Shown here one piece after another: positions 18,834-32,892 of a stretch of 53,366 nt of DNA (the first letter of the stretch is position 1; the number at the start of each line of letters is the position of its first letter). This stretch comes from Halocafeteria seosinensis (Eukaryota): NCBI GenBank assembly GCA_001687465.1, contig LVLI01000144.1:1-53366 (forward strand), given 5' to 3'. The notes beneath the pieces are model-generated. The model saw only the letters and a list, made by a program, of their open reading frames with translations. It was not told the origin of the DNA and did not search any database. The position numbers were made by a program, and so were the translations under genes.

Positions 18834-21800
18834 TCACGTTTCATCTGTGTAGTCAAACTCCTGCGGGCCGGTTCTACTAGTTGGCGACTCAGCAAATGTT
18901 ACCGCAGGGGGCAGGCCACGAGTAAGAAAATACGTTTGACGATCTTTCACACGCACATCAGTACGCGGTTTGCAAAAGAAAAAACCCCCACCTGGATGGA
19001 AGAATGCATGCTCAATCCAATCTTCAGCCATGACAACATCCGAGTTCAGCTTTTGAGCCAACTCATCCATTTCGTTGTAGTCGTCCTCATTTGATTTTGA
19101 ACTTGCTCCAGTGCCACTTCGCTCCGACGAAAACCCATCGGCATCCTCTATATCCAGAGAGCGGCTACTGGAAGCACCTTGCGTTGACTCTGTAGAAAAG
19201 ACGCGCACAAGAGTTTGACCGGCATTGTGAGTTTCCTGCTCAAAGTCATCCTGATAGTTGGAATACACTGAAGACCTTCTGCTTGATGCATCCGAACTAT
19301 CGTTATCATCCTCATTTAGTTCAACTATGCAAGCATCATTGGCGTCGTTTGCTGTTTTCGTCTGCACCGCGCCTTGCCCGTATATGGCAGTATCCGCCCG
19401 AGCGGCTTCATTCTTTCTCCTGGAAGGAGACATTGGAGTGGCCAGCGGCATGAATGACCCCGAAGCAGCAGCGTTCATAGCGGATTCACTTAGACGCAAC
19501 CCAGCACCTTTACGTTTGTTGCTGGACCTGTTATGAGGTAAGTCACGCTTCGGCTTTTCTGCAATAACTCTGACACCAACGCTACTGTAAGGGGCTAATT
19601 CGTCAGTAAACTCTTCGTCATTATGTGGACTACATGGCAGTAAATCAGCTGGTATTATGTCTGTCATATCCATTACGAAATGGAAACAACCTCTGGCACG
19701 ATTTGACGTACACAAAACACTGTCTTTCACCTGAACTTCGCGAATAAACGAAGAGTGTCCCACAAGAGCTTGCTTCGTTGACTCATCGATATACGGAGCC
19801 AGCGACGACACGTCAACGTCTCTAGTCAGGGCATTATCCAATAAAGGTGCCATCACTGTGTTGCCCTCAACATCGAAGCCAAGGAACCGCCCCTTTTTTC
19901 CCCAGATTTGAACAACCGTAACGTCACCTCGTCCATCGGAATATACCCACGAGTCGACATCACTATTGCGCTTGAAAATCCCTGAGGTACCCTCTGCTAA
20001 GGTAGATGGCTCACCTGTGTACAGCTGAAAGAACGACTCATTTGCCTGTGCTGAGTTAGTCCAATCACGATTTGATTGGGACCGTTGAATGACAAAACTA
20101 TCTGACGCGTGAAATGAGTGAGAAGGGATCCGTGTCAGTTCGCCAAATGTGTCCATCGTTTCACCAGAGACGTTCCTCGATCGCGAGTGGGACCCATGGA
20201 GAGCAGACGAGGGAGCGTGCATTGGTCCTTCTCCAGAATCCCCCCCTATCTTTCGTTGCCATGAGTCCTGTCGAGCGTGCGCGGAGACATTCCACGAATC
20301 TTGACGCGTCAATCCCGCCCTTTTGGAATCTCCAGCGGGTAAGCCTACCTGCTTCTTCTTACTGATTCTCCTTCGAGCACGATGAACACGAGACACAGCA
20401 CGAACGAATGCTTCGGCACGTCGCTGTTGTCGTTCATGAAGCCTGAGGTACGTGGCGTCCGAGATCTGGATTTCATCAGGAACACCCTCACTTTCCATTG
20501 ACATAGCAGTTTCCACGCTATTTCCAAACAAGTGATAGCGCGGGTCTTTGCGACCTACAACACCAGATATTGCAGGACCAGTATGTATACCAATGCGCAT
20601 ACGAACGTCAGCATCCGCCACACTGCGGAGACGCGGCATAAAGTATAACATCTCCAGTGCCGCATTAGCACACCTTTCCGCATGGTCACTCACAAACGTT
20701 GGACATCCAGCAACGCAGAAGTAGGCATCCCCAATAATTTCAATCTTCTGAATACCGTACTTGTGCGTAATACGGTCAAACGTACTGAACATAACATTCA
20801 AAAAATTGACCAATTGCTTTGGGGACACGCTTGAGCTAAATGCGGTAAACCCTTTTAAATCAGTGAACAGAATCGTCACCTCCTCGTGGGAATATGCCAG
20901 AACTCCTCCAGGAGGCCGATCTCGAAGTTGCGAAACTATTTCGGAGGGTAGAAGATTTGACAACAGCTTTTGGGTCCGCTGCCGTTCTTTTGCAAGAGCT
21001 TTACTTTGCCGTTTGAGCAAAATTTTCCTGAAAAAGTTATGCCGGTTATGATACTCCACTCCATAAGCAACAAGAACCTGACAGACTAGGGTCGCCAGGA
21101 GGTAAGTGAATTCAGTCGCCACTATGGAGCTATTGTTGAAAACGATTGCTAGACCTGTTGTCTGAATCACAATTAGCATGCTCATGACCCCGCAGCGAAT
21201 CGCAAAGGGGATCAAGCCAATATGCATGCAATAAGCAATATACACCAACATAACGCCTCCACCCGGTTTATCACCTAGCAGAGAAATCACACTGATTAAG
21301 ACTCCGAACGTGAAAAAAAGAAGGGTTGTAGATAGTTCAGCCACCATTTTATTCTTCCTAAAACACGGGTGATGAGTGAAAAACGCAAACCCCAGTAACA
21401 GCGGCAGGCCAACAGCGTATCTAACTATCAGGATTTCCATCCATTTGGCATCCTGATCGTCGAAACCAAACCACTTAATGGCATCACGAATAAACATCAA
21501 AACGACGGCTGCCATAAGAAGCAGTAGGGTAAACCGGACGAATTCTCTCCACGCTCTCGATCGGGAATCTATGTAACGATGTTCAATCTTGCTCGTGCTC
21601 CATTCTCTTTTAGTATAGTGAAGGCACAATGCTATGCGCGCTCGCTTGATCATTGTAGCCTCATCGACATCCTTGGCAGACGTCCTGCCGGATTTCTCCG
21701 GTGAGTCAGAAGAGACAACAGCTGGCTCTGCACGTCCCGTTGTCACGAAGTCCACATCGGGTTCAGCGTGGAAAATATTGTATTTGGGGTCTTCAGCGGG

Positions 21801-24800
21801 TAAGTAGCGGTCTTTGTCATCACCAAAATAGCTTTCAGACTTCTTCGGACTTCCTTTAGGTACCTCCTCATCAATTTCTTCGAGGACACTATCGAATGTA
21901 AACTTTTTGGGTTGGACAGTATCTTCCTTACGTTCATCGGCAACGCCCAACGTGCTGTCACCTTTACTAGGTTCCTGTCCGAGCAAGCTGGGTTTATCCG
22001 TATGGTCATCCACATCGACCTCCCCAAAGGAGAACCTACGCCGCGGTCCGGACTTTGGTTTGTTGTTTCCTCGTTTAGGGGTCGGTGTAGGTCTACCATC
22101 AGTCGCATTATCCCCTTGTGCAGGGGAGGTTCCATACTCGCTATGACTGCTGTAGGCAGGTGTAGTGGCAGGGCTCTTCAGGTTAAAAATATCATATGCA
22201 CCTGTCCCCTTCTCAGGATTCAACTTTCGTAGGTACGAGGACACCATATTGCTATTCTGTCCCATGTCTTCGGAATCGTGAGAGTCACTGTCATCCTTCT
22301 CCTTCGGTGTGGACAGGAATTTGGCGAAAAACTGGGCCGATTTGCTGTGGCTATGCGCCCCCGCTGCTTCACTTCCCTCTCGCTGTAACGATTGCGGAAT
22401 TGTGCCTGTCTGCTGGGCATTCTCTGTCTTTTCCATTGATGTGTACCACTTCCTAAAGTCTTCTTCGTTGAAGGACAACGATTTTTGTCTCCCCTTTCCG
22501 CCCTGGAAGCCACCTCTAGTCTCGGATTGCACCCGCCGAAGTGGCGAAAGATCCGCAGAGGTCGCCGCGTGGACATTCTGATCCTTCAGAGTGTTGCCGT
22601 TTCTGCGGACACTTACACTACAAGAGCGGTCCCGAACTGGGCCGCTCAGGTGCATTAAGTTGTCTACAGTCGCCAATCCATTTGACGAACGTATATGTTC
22701 CTTCACGACTTCATCAGGGTTAGCATTATCAAATTTCTCTGGGCCGCTTGGGGTGAAAAAGTCATTCTCTTTTTGAGCTTCCGGCTCAATGTTGGGAGAT
22801 ATGTCAACCGCATGCCTGACATGAACGTACGCACTCCCTCTACGGAAACGTCGTTTTCCCGTCTCAGCAGTTGCATGAATTTCCTGCGCCGAAGGATTCA
22901 AGTAACGCTTTGTCATCGCATTCAATGTAGTTTCCATATGTGCCTCTTTTGTCCGATGCCGAGACGTGGTACTCAACGCCTCACTCCTGTCGAACTCGTC
23001 ATTTGTATCTGCGTTCCGATACACAGGAGCGTCCATAGAAAACCTCCTCGGAAGGATACCGGAGCCGCTGAATGATTCATCTGGCGAAAAAGGATGCTTA
23101 AAATTCACTGCGCACACGAAGCGAACTATGACGAGTACAGGCAATAAGTTTGGAGCACCACAAGTACTTACTGTCAACCGCACGTCCGTGCTCCGGTTCT
23201 CCGTTGTGCTCGGCAGTCGTTTCTCGATCTTCTGAAGACACAAATTCTGGGTCGACGACCGTCGCTGGAGACTGATCCTCCTTGATGTTTGTCTCAAAAG
23301 GCAGTAACGATTCTCGGCCCTCTAACCAATACGTTGTCATATTGCCCTTCCCTTTAACTGGGATCGAGCCACGCGAACGTATTCGAAAGTTCACCAATCC
23401 TCTGTCAAGGAAGTTCTTAGTAGCTTGAGAAATTTGTACAGCGCCCTTCAAGCATGTCGACTCCATTCTCGATGCCGTATTAACCGTATCCCCGAAAAGC
23501 TTATATCGAGGTTGCAATATCCCGGTGACGCCAGCAATTACTGATCCACTGTGTATACCGATTCTAACGGTTAGTGTGGACGCGTCAATTGACAATTCCT
23601 CAGAGACTTTCTTTCTAATATCGGGCAAATGCTCAATCATGCTTATTCCCAAATTTGAAACGTGTTCTGCATGGCGAGGAGTCCGGGTAGGGCAGCCACC
23701 AGAGACCATATATACCTCATTTACCTGGAGCGACATATTCATTCCTAATGCAGATACAGGAAAAAAAGATACTACAGAGAACCTCACTTACCGTTTCTAC
23801 TTTCCGCAGTATCGGAAACGTGTCTAATACAGAATCATATACACTAAACACAATGTTCAGTACACGAACGATTTCTTCTGGACTCAATTTATCCCGGTAT
23901 ACTTGCCGTGCTCCAGACCGGTCCACGCTTATCCTATCAACCGATGAATACCAGTCCGCAAACGAAGCAATTTCGCAGAACAGGATGGTCACCCCTTCAA
24001 ATGTTTCTGCAATATTCTGCTTTTGCTTCTTCAGTTGTGAAATAACGGTTGAAGGAAGCATAGAGCTCAGCAAGGAATGTGCAGTTTCCTTCTCATGTAA
24101 TAGCAGCGACCGCTCTGCTCTCATCCGGAGCTCATCCAGAAAGCTTTCTCTCAGAGACCATTCTACACGGTGGGTAACGATAGAAAGAGCAATTACAGTG
24201 ATAATAAGGACTCCTATATTGTCTAATACCTCCGAAGACGTTGTTGAAGCGAGCATTGAAGACAAACCGAATAGAATGATCGACAAACCGGCAAGGCCCA
24301 TCAAGATCCACAAACTGACTGGCGTAAACGTAAACAAGTAGACAAGCACCACGGTGACCACTCCCTCGGCTGCATGTAGTAAATATCGCTGCCATGTAAG
24401 CAAGAAGGAGAGTGGACCAAAGCGCTGGTACAGTTTTCGAACGTACCTGCATTATCTGCCAACACCGTCACTACAACGGTAGCAACACCAACGAGCATGG
24501 CAGGCACTCCTACCCAATCCGGTCCTTTCCTATACGTGAGCGTGAACGTAAACAACACAGTCAGCAAAGCTGCTGGAAGGGCCAGTCCTAATCGAGCGAT
24601 GAACAGTAACCACTCTAAGGATCCGTTGGGTTGGAAGGGCTCATCGTCCAGAAAAAATGACAGAAAAATAGCCACTATTCCAGCAAGGAACGTATAGCGC
24701 AAAGGCCGCTGATACCTGACAGCGCTCCTAACTTTGTACGCGTTTGTCAGCAGAGCAGCAATCGAACTGCCTCTCCGATCGCCTTCATATCGAAACTGCA

Positions 24801-25021
24801 AAGATCGACTGTCCACTCTAATGTTGTCGTTCAACGTTTGAGCCAGAGTATCCCTTCCTCCTCCCAGTCCTGAGCCAAAGGCTGCAAGCAAGCACACGAA
24901 GGCACCCACCGAGTGAAAGCTCCTTGACACCTACAGTAGTGGACGGGGGAGCAGCAACAACAAAAAACCAGAAAGTACTTACAGCGAACGCTAATTGCCC
25001 TAGTGACATCCTCTTCGTCAT
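18834..25021 (-). CDS. Membrane class III nucleotidyl cyclase (probably guanylyl) with two TM blocks and two catalytic domains; exons ~25021-24983, 24930-24447, 24369-23792, 23724-23172, 23107-18834; further 5' exons up to ~25.8 kb are possible
   Basis: Two cyclase homology domains ([90 protein letters not shown]). Each follows a TM cluster and an LL..xLP linker. The GT-AG introns listed join the ORFs in frame. The start is uncertain. Confidence 0.88.
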
Positions 25022-27583
25022 TTCCGACGCTGGGAGCACTCCCCTCGCTGGCCAATAACGGGGCGACTTTGGACGATTTACCCCTGCCGTGCGACATACT
25101 CTACTCGCACTCGACTCGGCTCTCACAGCATAAACATGTACCGGAAAAGGGGGAAAAGAGCATGACAATTACACATCCTGAGCTCATTCGTCCACGGCCG
25201 TTGGCGGGGAATTCACGGAAAGAGGCTTGCTGGACACATAGGCAGGGTTTGGTGAATCCTCACTGCGCAGAACAACAAAAAAGAATCACTTCAAGTAAGT
25301 ATACCCGTCTCTCTGCAAGTCGCAATACAAAATATAAGCTGTCCTTGCGCACCAAGCAAGCCAGCGAGCGAAAGTCCGTGCGACAGGCTGCCCAGCCAGC
25401 TGTCTGGGGGAGAGACGAGGAATGACCGAGGAATCGTCGAACATGGTATACGTCGCAAGGAAGTACCAGCCTCCATTACCGTAGTAAGCCCGAGGAGAAA
25501 TGAGGAAACAGAACATGGCCCATTTGACGAAACCAACATTTTGCAAGTATCTGACAACCTAAATTGGCTCGTGGCACTGATCCCTTATAGATACATCCTC
25601 TTGCCTCTGAGAAACCAACAACGAAGAAACCACGTTCATACCCACTCACTCACGTTAAGACGCTATTTAACAGAGGATATGTGCCCTCAAAAAGAAATAG
25701 TCTTAAGCATATACTGCAATCTCCACCAACAAACTATACTATACTCACTGTCTAGCCTGGCGGTGCCGCTGCGGCCCACTGGTTAACCGAACTGACTGGA
25801 AGAGTTCCGGGTGGTTGGAACTTGCGACCGAATGTCATATCAGTGATATCACTATCACCACACTCCGGATGCAACGATCAGTAATCAACAACAATGAGCG
25901 GTATCCTTGTTCATGCACATGTGGTAAAGGTTGAGAAGAGGTCCAAGTGTAGCAAGACTGATTCTTGCGGTGCCGGCGAGTTAAAGAAGCCACTCCGAAA
26001 ACATGTCGGAGACGCTGCCTCGGGAGCAACCAACTGTACCATCTGAGCCCATCAATCTGCTTCAGTAGTCAGACTTATGACGCCGAAAATATGTGCCCAC
26101 TCCGTCAGTACGTACAGTACATGAGGTACCGTATTCGTGATCCGCACATGTATGTATGTATGTGTGGTAATAGCGAGCCCTCCGTGCCCACTCCGGAAGA
26201 GCGAGGCCCAAGACGCTCTGAAAGCATACGTGTGAAGAACCTCATACAGCGCTCACAAAGAGTCTGAGTGTTGGTGAGCGCAGGGGCATTGCAGGAGGGC
26301 TCTGGGGAGATCTTCGACGGCGTGAAGATCCCCCAACTACATTTCGGTAGGCCATAAATAATACACGCTGGTTGTACGACACGTCTTCTGATAGGAAGAA
26401 TACTGTACCAATACAAACTACTACTACCGTAATGTAATTGAGGTTGTAGCAGTGTGCTGTAGGATACATGGATGGCATGCGTAAACTCCAAACTTTGTGT
26501 CAAACATCCAAGTCGTAGTGGAGTCACTGGAATGACCTGTGGAACTCTGCAAAATGATGCCACATGTGCTCTATCTGTCACATTTGTGTGTGTGTGTGTG
26601 CTTTAGAGGGTCTAAAGCATCGTGTCTGTGCTCCGTAGTCGTCTAGGAAACGTGAACGTCATAAGGTGGAGTGCTGTTTGAGCACATGAGGCTTATCGAA
26701 TATATTATACATATGCTATGGTCGGTGCGACGTTGCTCTCTGTTTCGTCTTTCGCGAGGACCGCTGCTGCATATGTTCATACATGTATCGATGTTAGTTG
26801 AACTGTCACACAGTCAACTTGTAGTCAGTGGACTACCGTACACTGTATCTGTCGCGGAACCTACATGTACATATACCATATGCGTGTATGAGCGTTCACC
26901 ACGTCTCGTTCTTGTCAGCGTTCCTGTCTTGTACATTGCACATTTCTCTGTATTAGATGGTGATGCAACCATACCAAGGATACTCCCTGTAGACCAGTAC
27001 ATCATGAGACATGGAGAATTCATGCATTGTCACGCAATAAACTGCGACAGTCTCCTCTAATACAGCTGCATCGCCAGTACGCGTGTTTTGTGCTTTTTGT
27101 CACGACAAACAAGCAATGCTGAAGGCGGTGGTCGATTGCATTTACAATATAGTAGCTGGGCTTGTTCCCTGGTTGAAGATGATCACATCGACGTTTGAAA
27201 GCTTCGAGTTCAAGTTGAACCGGGCGAGGGTCTCGAGGCTAAAATGACAAAAGGGGTAGGTGGGAAGTTTTCCTGAGAATCTGGGGGAAAGCCAGGAGGG
27301 ATCTCCGAACAAAAAGACCCAGCGTGCGAGGGCCGCTGGAACAACAAAGTGATGTGTATGTTTTGTTCCAAGACTCTGTCACTCAGTTTACTGTCTTGAA
27401 TGAAGCATACTTCGTCTCGAACGGTATCAAACGCTATAGCATACCGTCCTTCAGCTGAGGTCTCTGAAGAGTGCCCCGTTGCTTTGACTGGTGGAAACCG
27501 CAGAGAAGACTTCAAGTGGATGCCTTAGAGACTTCTGTTGCTATTGCTCTATTGTTGTCCTTAAGAGAGTACAGGTTCCGACA

Positions 27584-30500
27584 ATGGCGGCATCTGCTGG
27601 GACACGAGTGTACTTCTCAGTGTACTTCGTGGTTATGGTAGCTGCGATGCTGCACTCCAGCGCTGGAACCGCTGCTCTTAGTACGAACGAGCATTTACCC
27701 TTGGTAGGGTCCGACCGTGAGTATTCACATGTCCAAACATCCTCTTGTTTGACGTATTTTACCTGTGTGTAGAGTCATGTCTGCATACAGACGGCCTTTC
27801 TGCAATGATCGAGCGCTTTCCAAACGGTACGTTGTTCCCCAAGTCTCGATCATGTTCAACTTTAACACAGTTTCCATGCAGCTCGCCGGGACCACCTTGA
27901 AAGGTTGATGCTCTTGAAAGAAAACAAGCGGGAAAGAGAAAGGCATAGTGCAAACTCACCGCGGCGAGACGTCCTCGCCAGAAGTTTGAGCAGTGACAAC
28001 TGCACAGAATTCGTGGTGAACGAAGCATTCACGTGCAGATTTGGAGCGCTTGTCAATGTGGCCATACCAATCGAAGGGATGACATCTTCAGAGTATATTT
28101 TATCGGAGGGCTTTGCCGAAAAGGGCTACATTACTTCGCAAAAGGCACAGCTTGACGAGCCTGAGAGAGAAGCATCACCATCTGCCTTCCCAACAACGTC
28201 TTCTTTCCCCACCCCCTCCTCGTCAAAGACGGCAAGAACCACACCTACGGCCGCCAAGACTCCTACCGCAACCGAAACTGCTGCGAAGACTCCGTTGCCC
28301 ACTATTTCAGCAAGACGAACACCTACTGCTAGTCGAACACCTACTAAAACAGCTCGTCAAACTCCTTCACCAACGAGTACCCAGTCCGCTTCCCCAAGTA
28401 AGACGCCATCCCCCACTGCATCTGAATTGATGACTTCCTCTAGAACTCCATCAAATTCTCGGACGGCAACGCAAACAGGGACACCATCGATGACTTCCTC
28501 TAGAACTCCATCAAATTCTCGGACGGCAACACAAACAGGGACATCATCGATGACTTCCTCTGGATCGCCGTCGAATTCTCGAACGGCAACACAAACAAGG
28601 ACCCCAACGTCCTCCGAAGGGGCTTCTCCCTCAGGGACTTCATCCAACACTGCCACCCTAACCCGAACCCCCAGTACCTCTCCTACTTCCACGAGGACTC
28701 CTACCAAAACACCAACTGACACTCCAACAAGGACTGGTACTCCTTCAAGAACTCCCAGTAGTACTGGGACCGCCTCTCCTACCCGCACTGGCACTCCGTC
28801 GACAACCGCTTCCTTGTCTGTTGGAGCATCTCCATCGAACACGCGGACACCCACCCCTACTGCGTCGGAGACCTCCACTGGAACTGCAACGCGAACTCCT
28901 TCCAAATCTGGCACACCGTCTTTAACTAGGACTGCAACAAGTACCTCGACACCTACAGCGTCTAGAACGGCCACACGAACTCAAACAGGAACTGCAAGTA
29001 ATACGCCTACGCCGACTCCCACTCCCTCCGTAACGTCGTCCACTACGGCAACTGTTGGAACCTCTCCTTCCAACACTCCTTCGAACACCCCTTCTAATAC
29101 TGTTACTCCGAGTACTACCACAAGCTTTTCTTCAACGCCAACCCCCAGTAAGAGCGGTACTTCCACGAACACACCAACTTCCACAGCATCTCATACGTCG
29201 TCCACGACCGCTACATTTGGTACTTCCCCTTCCAGCTCCAAGACTCCGTCCCGCACACCTTCTAGCACGGCCTCAGAGACCGCTACCGCAAGTGCAACTG
29301 CTAGCTCTACTCAGACCCCTTCTTCAACCCCCTCGACTACTGCAACGTTTGGAACTTCACCTTCCAGCTCTCGAACACCGACACGCACTCCTTCGGACAC
29401 GCCTTCTAATAGCCCCACGGCTAGCAAGAGTGCAGCTTCCACACCTACACCTTCGTCGACGAAGACCCCCAGCTCATCCACAACCTCTACCTTCGGTACA
29501 TCCCCTTCCAGTTCTCGTACACCTTCCACCTCGGCTTCCAATTCCGCCCGGGAAACTCCTACAAGAACGCCTACACGGACTTCCACTCCCTCCACCAGTA
29601 TGACTAGTACGAGCACTGTTTCCGCGGCAGAGACATTGGGCGCAACTGGTAGTCCTACTGAAACCCCTACCTCGACGTTCTCTGCTCCAAGAACGTCAGC
29701 AGCCACACCCTCCCCGACGCGAACGAAAACACCTACCCAGACCCCGACTACCTCCCTGGGCGCTACACCTTCAAGCACTACCTCATTGAGCAGGACGCCA
29801 ACGAGGACTCCAACAAGCACCATTTCTCTTAGCAGAACTCCAACACGGACTCCTACCCATACACCATCTTCTACTCGTACCCCTACCGGCACACCGTCTG
29901 TAACTCGAACTGGGACACCCACTCCCCTGTCTTCGCCAACTGTCATCCAGCTGCCAGAGGATGTGTCTGTTGAAAGCCTATTCGTAGTTGGAGAATATGA
30001 GATAGAAGGAATCTCTTCGTCGATACTGAATGAAACAGACTACCAGAAATTCCGTCACATCCTCGGTAAGGAGATTGATGGGTTCCTCAAAGACACTTAT
30101 CCGGACCTGACCTACGAACAACATAGGGTTCTGATAACGCAAATGTGGGATATTGCGGACGAGAAGAGGGTCAAAATATCATTCAACAGGAAGATCGTTA
30201 ACGAGCAAGTGGCTGTAGGGAGCGTGAGCTCCTTACGTTCCCGGTTTCTCGAGGACGACGAAGCGGATGCAATGGCAATTGAGCTTATGCTTGTGGCGTC
30301 AAAAATGCAGCAGAAGGATGACGAATCTGAATTCGATACGTTCCTCGTGAGGGACGCGTTCAATTCCATCTCGGTTCAGACTGACACCATAGCGAAGTTT
30401 CTGGAGCATGTTTTACAAGAAAAAGCGCTTCCAATCAGCATGGAACTCCGCAAGGCATCGGAGAAAGTTGTTCGGCATGCAAATGCGCCAGGCCCTACAA

Positions 30501-31174
30501 GTCCAGCCAGCACAAAAGGGGCTGCTGCCGAGTCTTCTCCTCAGGGCCACTCAGGATTACCTTCGTGGTCAGCACCAGTCCTGATAGGCTGTGGTGTTCT
30601 TCTTCTGGCAGCAATACTACTGTATGTTTATTCCCGCCGACGTAGTCCCGGACGCCACGTGAACAACCGTAATCGTGACATTCCGAGAAGCACCAACAGC
30701 ACCTTTCGGAATCCCACTCTACAAGTAGTCCCCTCGGGCGGGTCTTTCAGGCCCAAAGCCGAAAAGAAGGAGCCTCCAAAGCTACGGAACTCTCCTGGAA
30801 GAGCACCGTCTAAGTCACGCAAAAGCGATTTCCCGAATGATGATAAATCACTCCGTCAAGTTAGCCCTGTGAGGACCGCGTCGGACGAAGCCCTAAAAAA
30901 TCCGCTATTTGCGTCCTCCGGGGCTAAGAACATGAGGGTATCCTTCTCCTCTTCAAAACCTAGGCGCAAAGTACAGCGAAAGCAAAGAGCTACTGAGCAA
31001 GAGCAAGAAGTTTTTATGACATCTGTTTCAATGCTTTTCAGAAAGCAGTCCGCCGCAAACACAAAGGGACTGGAGACGAAGCAGTCGCCTCGATCGCCTA
31101 GTTCCCCAAAGGTAGTACCAGCGTCCGAGGAAAAGGGTTTCCAATATGTGCATTCGCCGCTACATCATCGATAA
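27584..31174 (+). CDS. Mucin-like Ser/Thr/Pro-rich type I membrane glycoprotein; exons 27584-27716, 27773-27826, 27882-31174
   Basis: Signal peptide (YFSVYFVVMVAAMLHSSAG), about 590 aa of TPS/TPT repeats, a juxtamembrane globular region, TM (WSAPVLIGCGVLLLAAILLYVY) followed by RRR, and a cytoplasmic tail. Two GT-AG introns restore the frame. Confidence 0.82.
28430..28605 (+). repeat. 60-nt coding tandem repeat, about 3 units (MTSSRTPSNSRTATQTGTPS)
   Basis: Units at 28430 and 28490 are near-identical; the third, at 28550, has diverged. Confidence 0.9.
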
Positions 31175-31577
31175 ACTCTTTTAAGGGAACGTGATCCTCT
31201 GCCGGTATCGTTACGTAAGCCTGAAGCTTCAGCAGGCAACGGAGCTATTTCCTCCATTCCGATGTTTGATTTGGTCGTACTTGTTCTGTTTTGTGTATCC
31301 CACAAAGAATACATTTCTGTTTCCTCTCCATTAACTATTCAAGTGATTCGATTCGAGTTCTCGATATTTACCTGATCCTGTTTTAGCAGCCGTCGCTTTG
31401 CCGAAACTTTGAAGAACTACGTTTGAAGATTGCATCATCCTGGAGGATTCCTGGTTGAATATGTCAAGTGATTCACTGCAATTTGAAATTAATCCATAAG
31501 GATTGATGACGAAAAGAATTTGAGCATTCAATTGTTTGTACTACCACGCATCATTGGATCAGTCACTTCCATCAGCA

Positions 31578-32892
31578 ATGAGTTGGTCCACCATTGAAAG
31601 CGACCCGGGTGTCTTCACGGAATTGATTGAGACTTACGGCGCTCAGGATGTGCAAGTCGAAGAGCTATACTCGATGGACAATGAGAGTTTCCAGGCATTA
31701 GGCACGGATATATATGGACTCATCTTTCTATTCAAGTAAGCTCAGCTGTACATGAATGGGACGGATCTTGTGGCGGCGCATTGTCGTTCAATGAACCACA
31801 GGATTCAACGAATCGGTCTTCTACACACAAATATGAATGTTGATCACCGTCATCATTCCTGTGCAGATACGAGAATCCTTCAGAGCGACATTCTCAAGGT
31901 CAGGAAGCGGCATCAGAGTACAGGCAATATCTCGATGACCCACGGATCTACTTTGCAAATCAAGTACGAAGTCTATGGTAGTGAAAGGGGACAGAGAATG
32001 AATTTACCCTGATATTACCGTTCGCCAGGTAATCAATAATGCATGCGCGACTCAAGCTATCTTGCATGTGCTATTTAATGCACCAAAGATTGAATTAGGG
32101 GAGACATTGTCCAATTTCAAGAGCTTTACGCACGACTTCCCACCTGAAGTAAGAGTCTCCATAGCAGCCAGGCCAGTACGATGTACTCTCACGTATATGT
32201 GTTTCGCAGCTTCGCGGAGAGTCCATGAACGATTCCGAGGACTTACGAACAGCTCATAATAGTTTTTCACGACCAGAACCCTTTGTCATTGAGGAATCCA
32301 AGAGTGGAGCTTCAGAAGACACCTACCACTACATTGCTTACGTGCCTTTTGAGAACCAAGTGATTGAGTTGGATGGACTATCCCGTGGACCCATTTCTAT
32401 AGGTGAGTTATTTATAGCGTATAAGACGATCACACGGAAGAGTATTTCATAATGGCATGCTTGACTACAGGTACAACTAGTGAAGATCGAACGTGGACAC
32501 AGGTGGCTGCTGAAGCTATTCAACGGAGGATGCAACAATATGGACTTGGTGAGATCCGCTTTAATCTGCTGGCCATATGCAAAGACAAAAGGAAAGCCTA
32601 TAGGGAGGGAATAAACAGGCTCAAGGGAAACTGCAGTTTGGAACAGTTAGACCAGTCTTCTGCGAACAGAGCACGCGAACTAGAAGAGGGTTTGCAAGAA
32701 GAAGAGCAAAAGCGTCGTCGATGGCACATTGAAAACCAGTTCCGAAAGCACAATTTTCTTCCCTTCAACATGGAGCTGCTCCGGATTTTAGCCGAGCAAA
32801 AACAATTGGAACCGATGTACGAAGCTGCGCTGGAAAAAGAAAAGCAAGCTAGACAGCGTGAAAATCAGAGTTCTCATAAGAGCGCTGGATGA
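31578..32892 (+). CDS. UCHL5: Ubiquitin C-terminal hydrolase UCH37/UCHL5; exons 31578-31735, 31867-31963, 32029-32148, 32210-32402, 32471-32892
   Basis: [37 protein letters not shown] (catalytic Cys), [26 protein letters not shown], and ULD tail [13 protein letters not shown]. All four introns are GT-AG and in phase. Confidence 0.95.

Noticed and set aside
26303..26335. Hairpin tgggga-gatcttc...gaagatc-cccca in the cyclase/mucin intergenic region
   Set aside because: A single ~12-bp stem with no family features or second copy; compatible with chance.
25835..27515. Several 60-160 aa ORFs in the cyclase-mucin intergenic region
   Set aside because: No motifs, overlapping on both strands, and microsatellite-containing; probably non-coding or UTR.
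28430..28605. Regular 60-nt repeats as a CRISPR-like array
   Set aside because: Head-to-tail in-frame coding repeats without unique spacers, in a eukaryotic exon, with no cas genes.
28357..29946. Long Val/Gly/Glu-rich antisense ORFs
   Set aside because: Mirror translation of the Thr/Pro/Ser repeats of the mucin-like gene.
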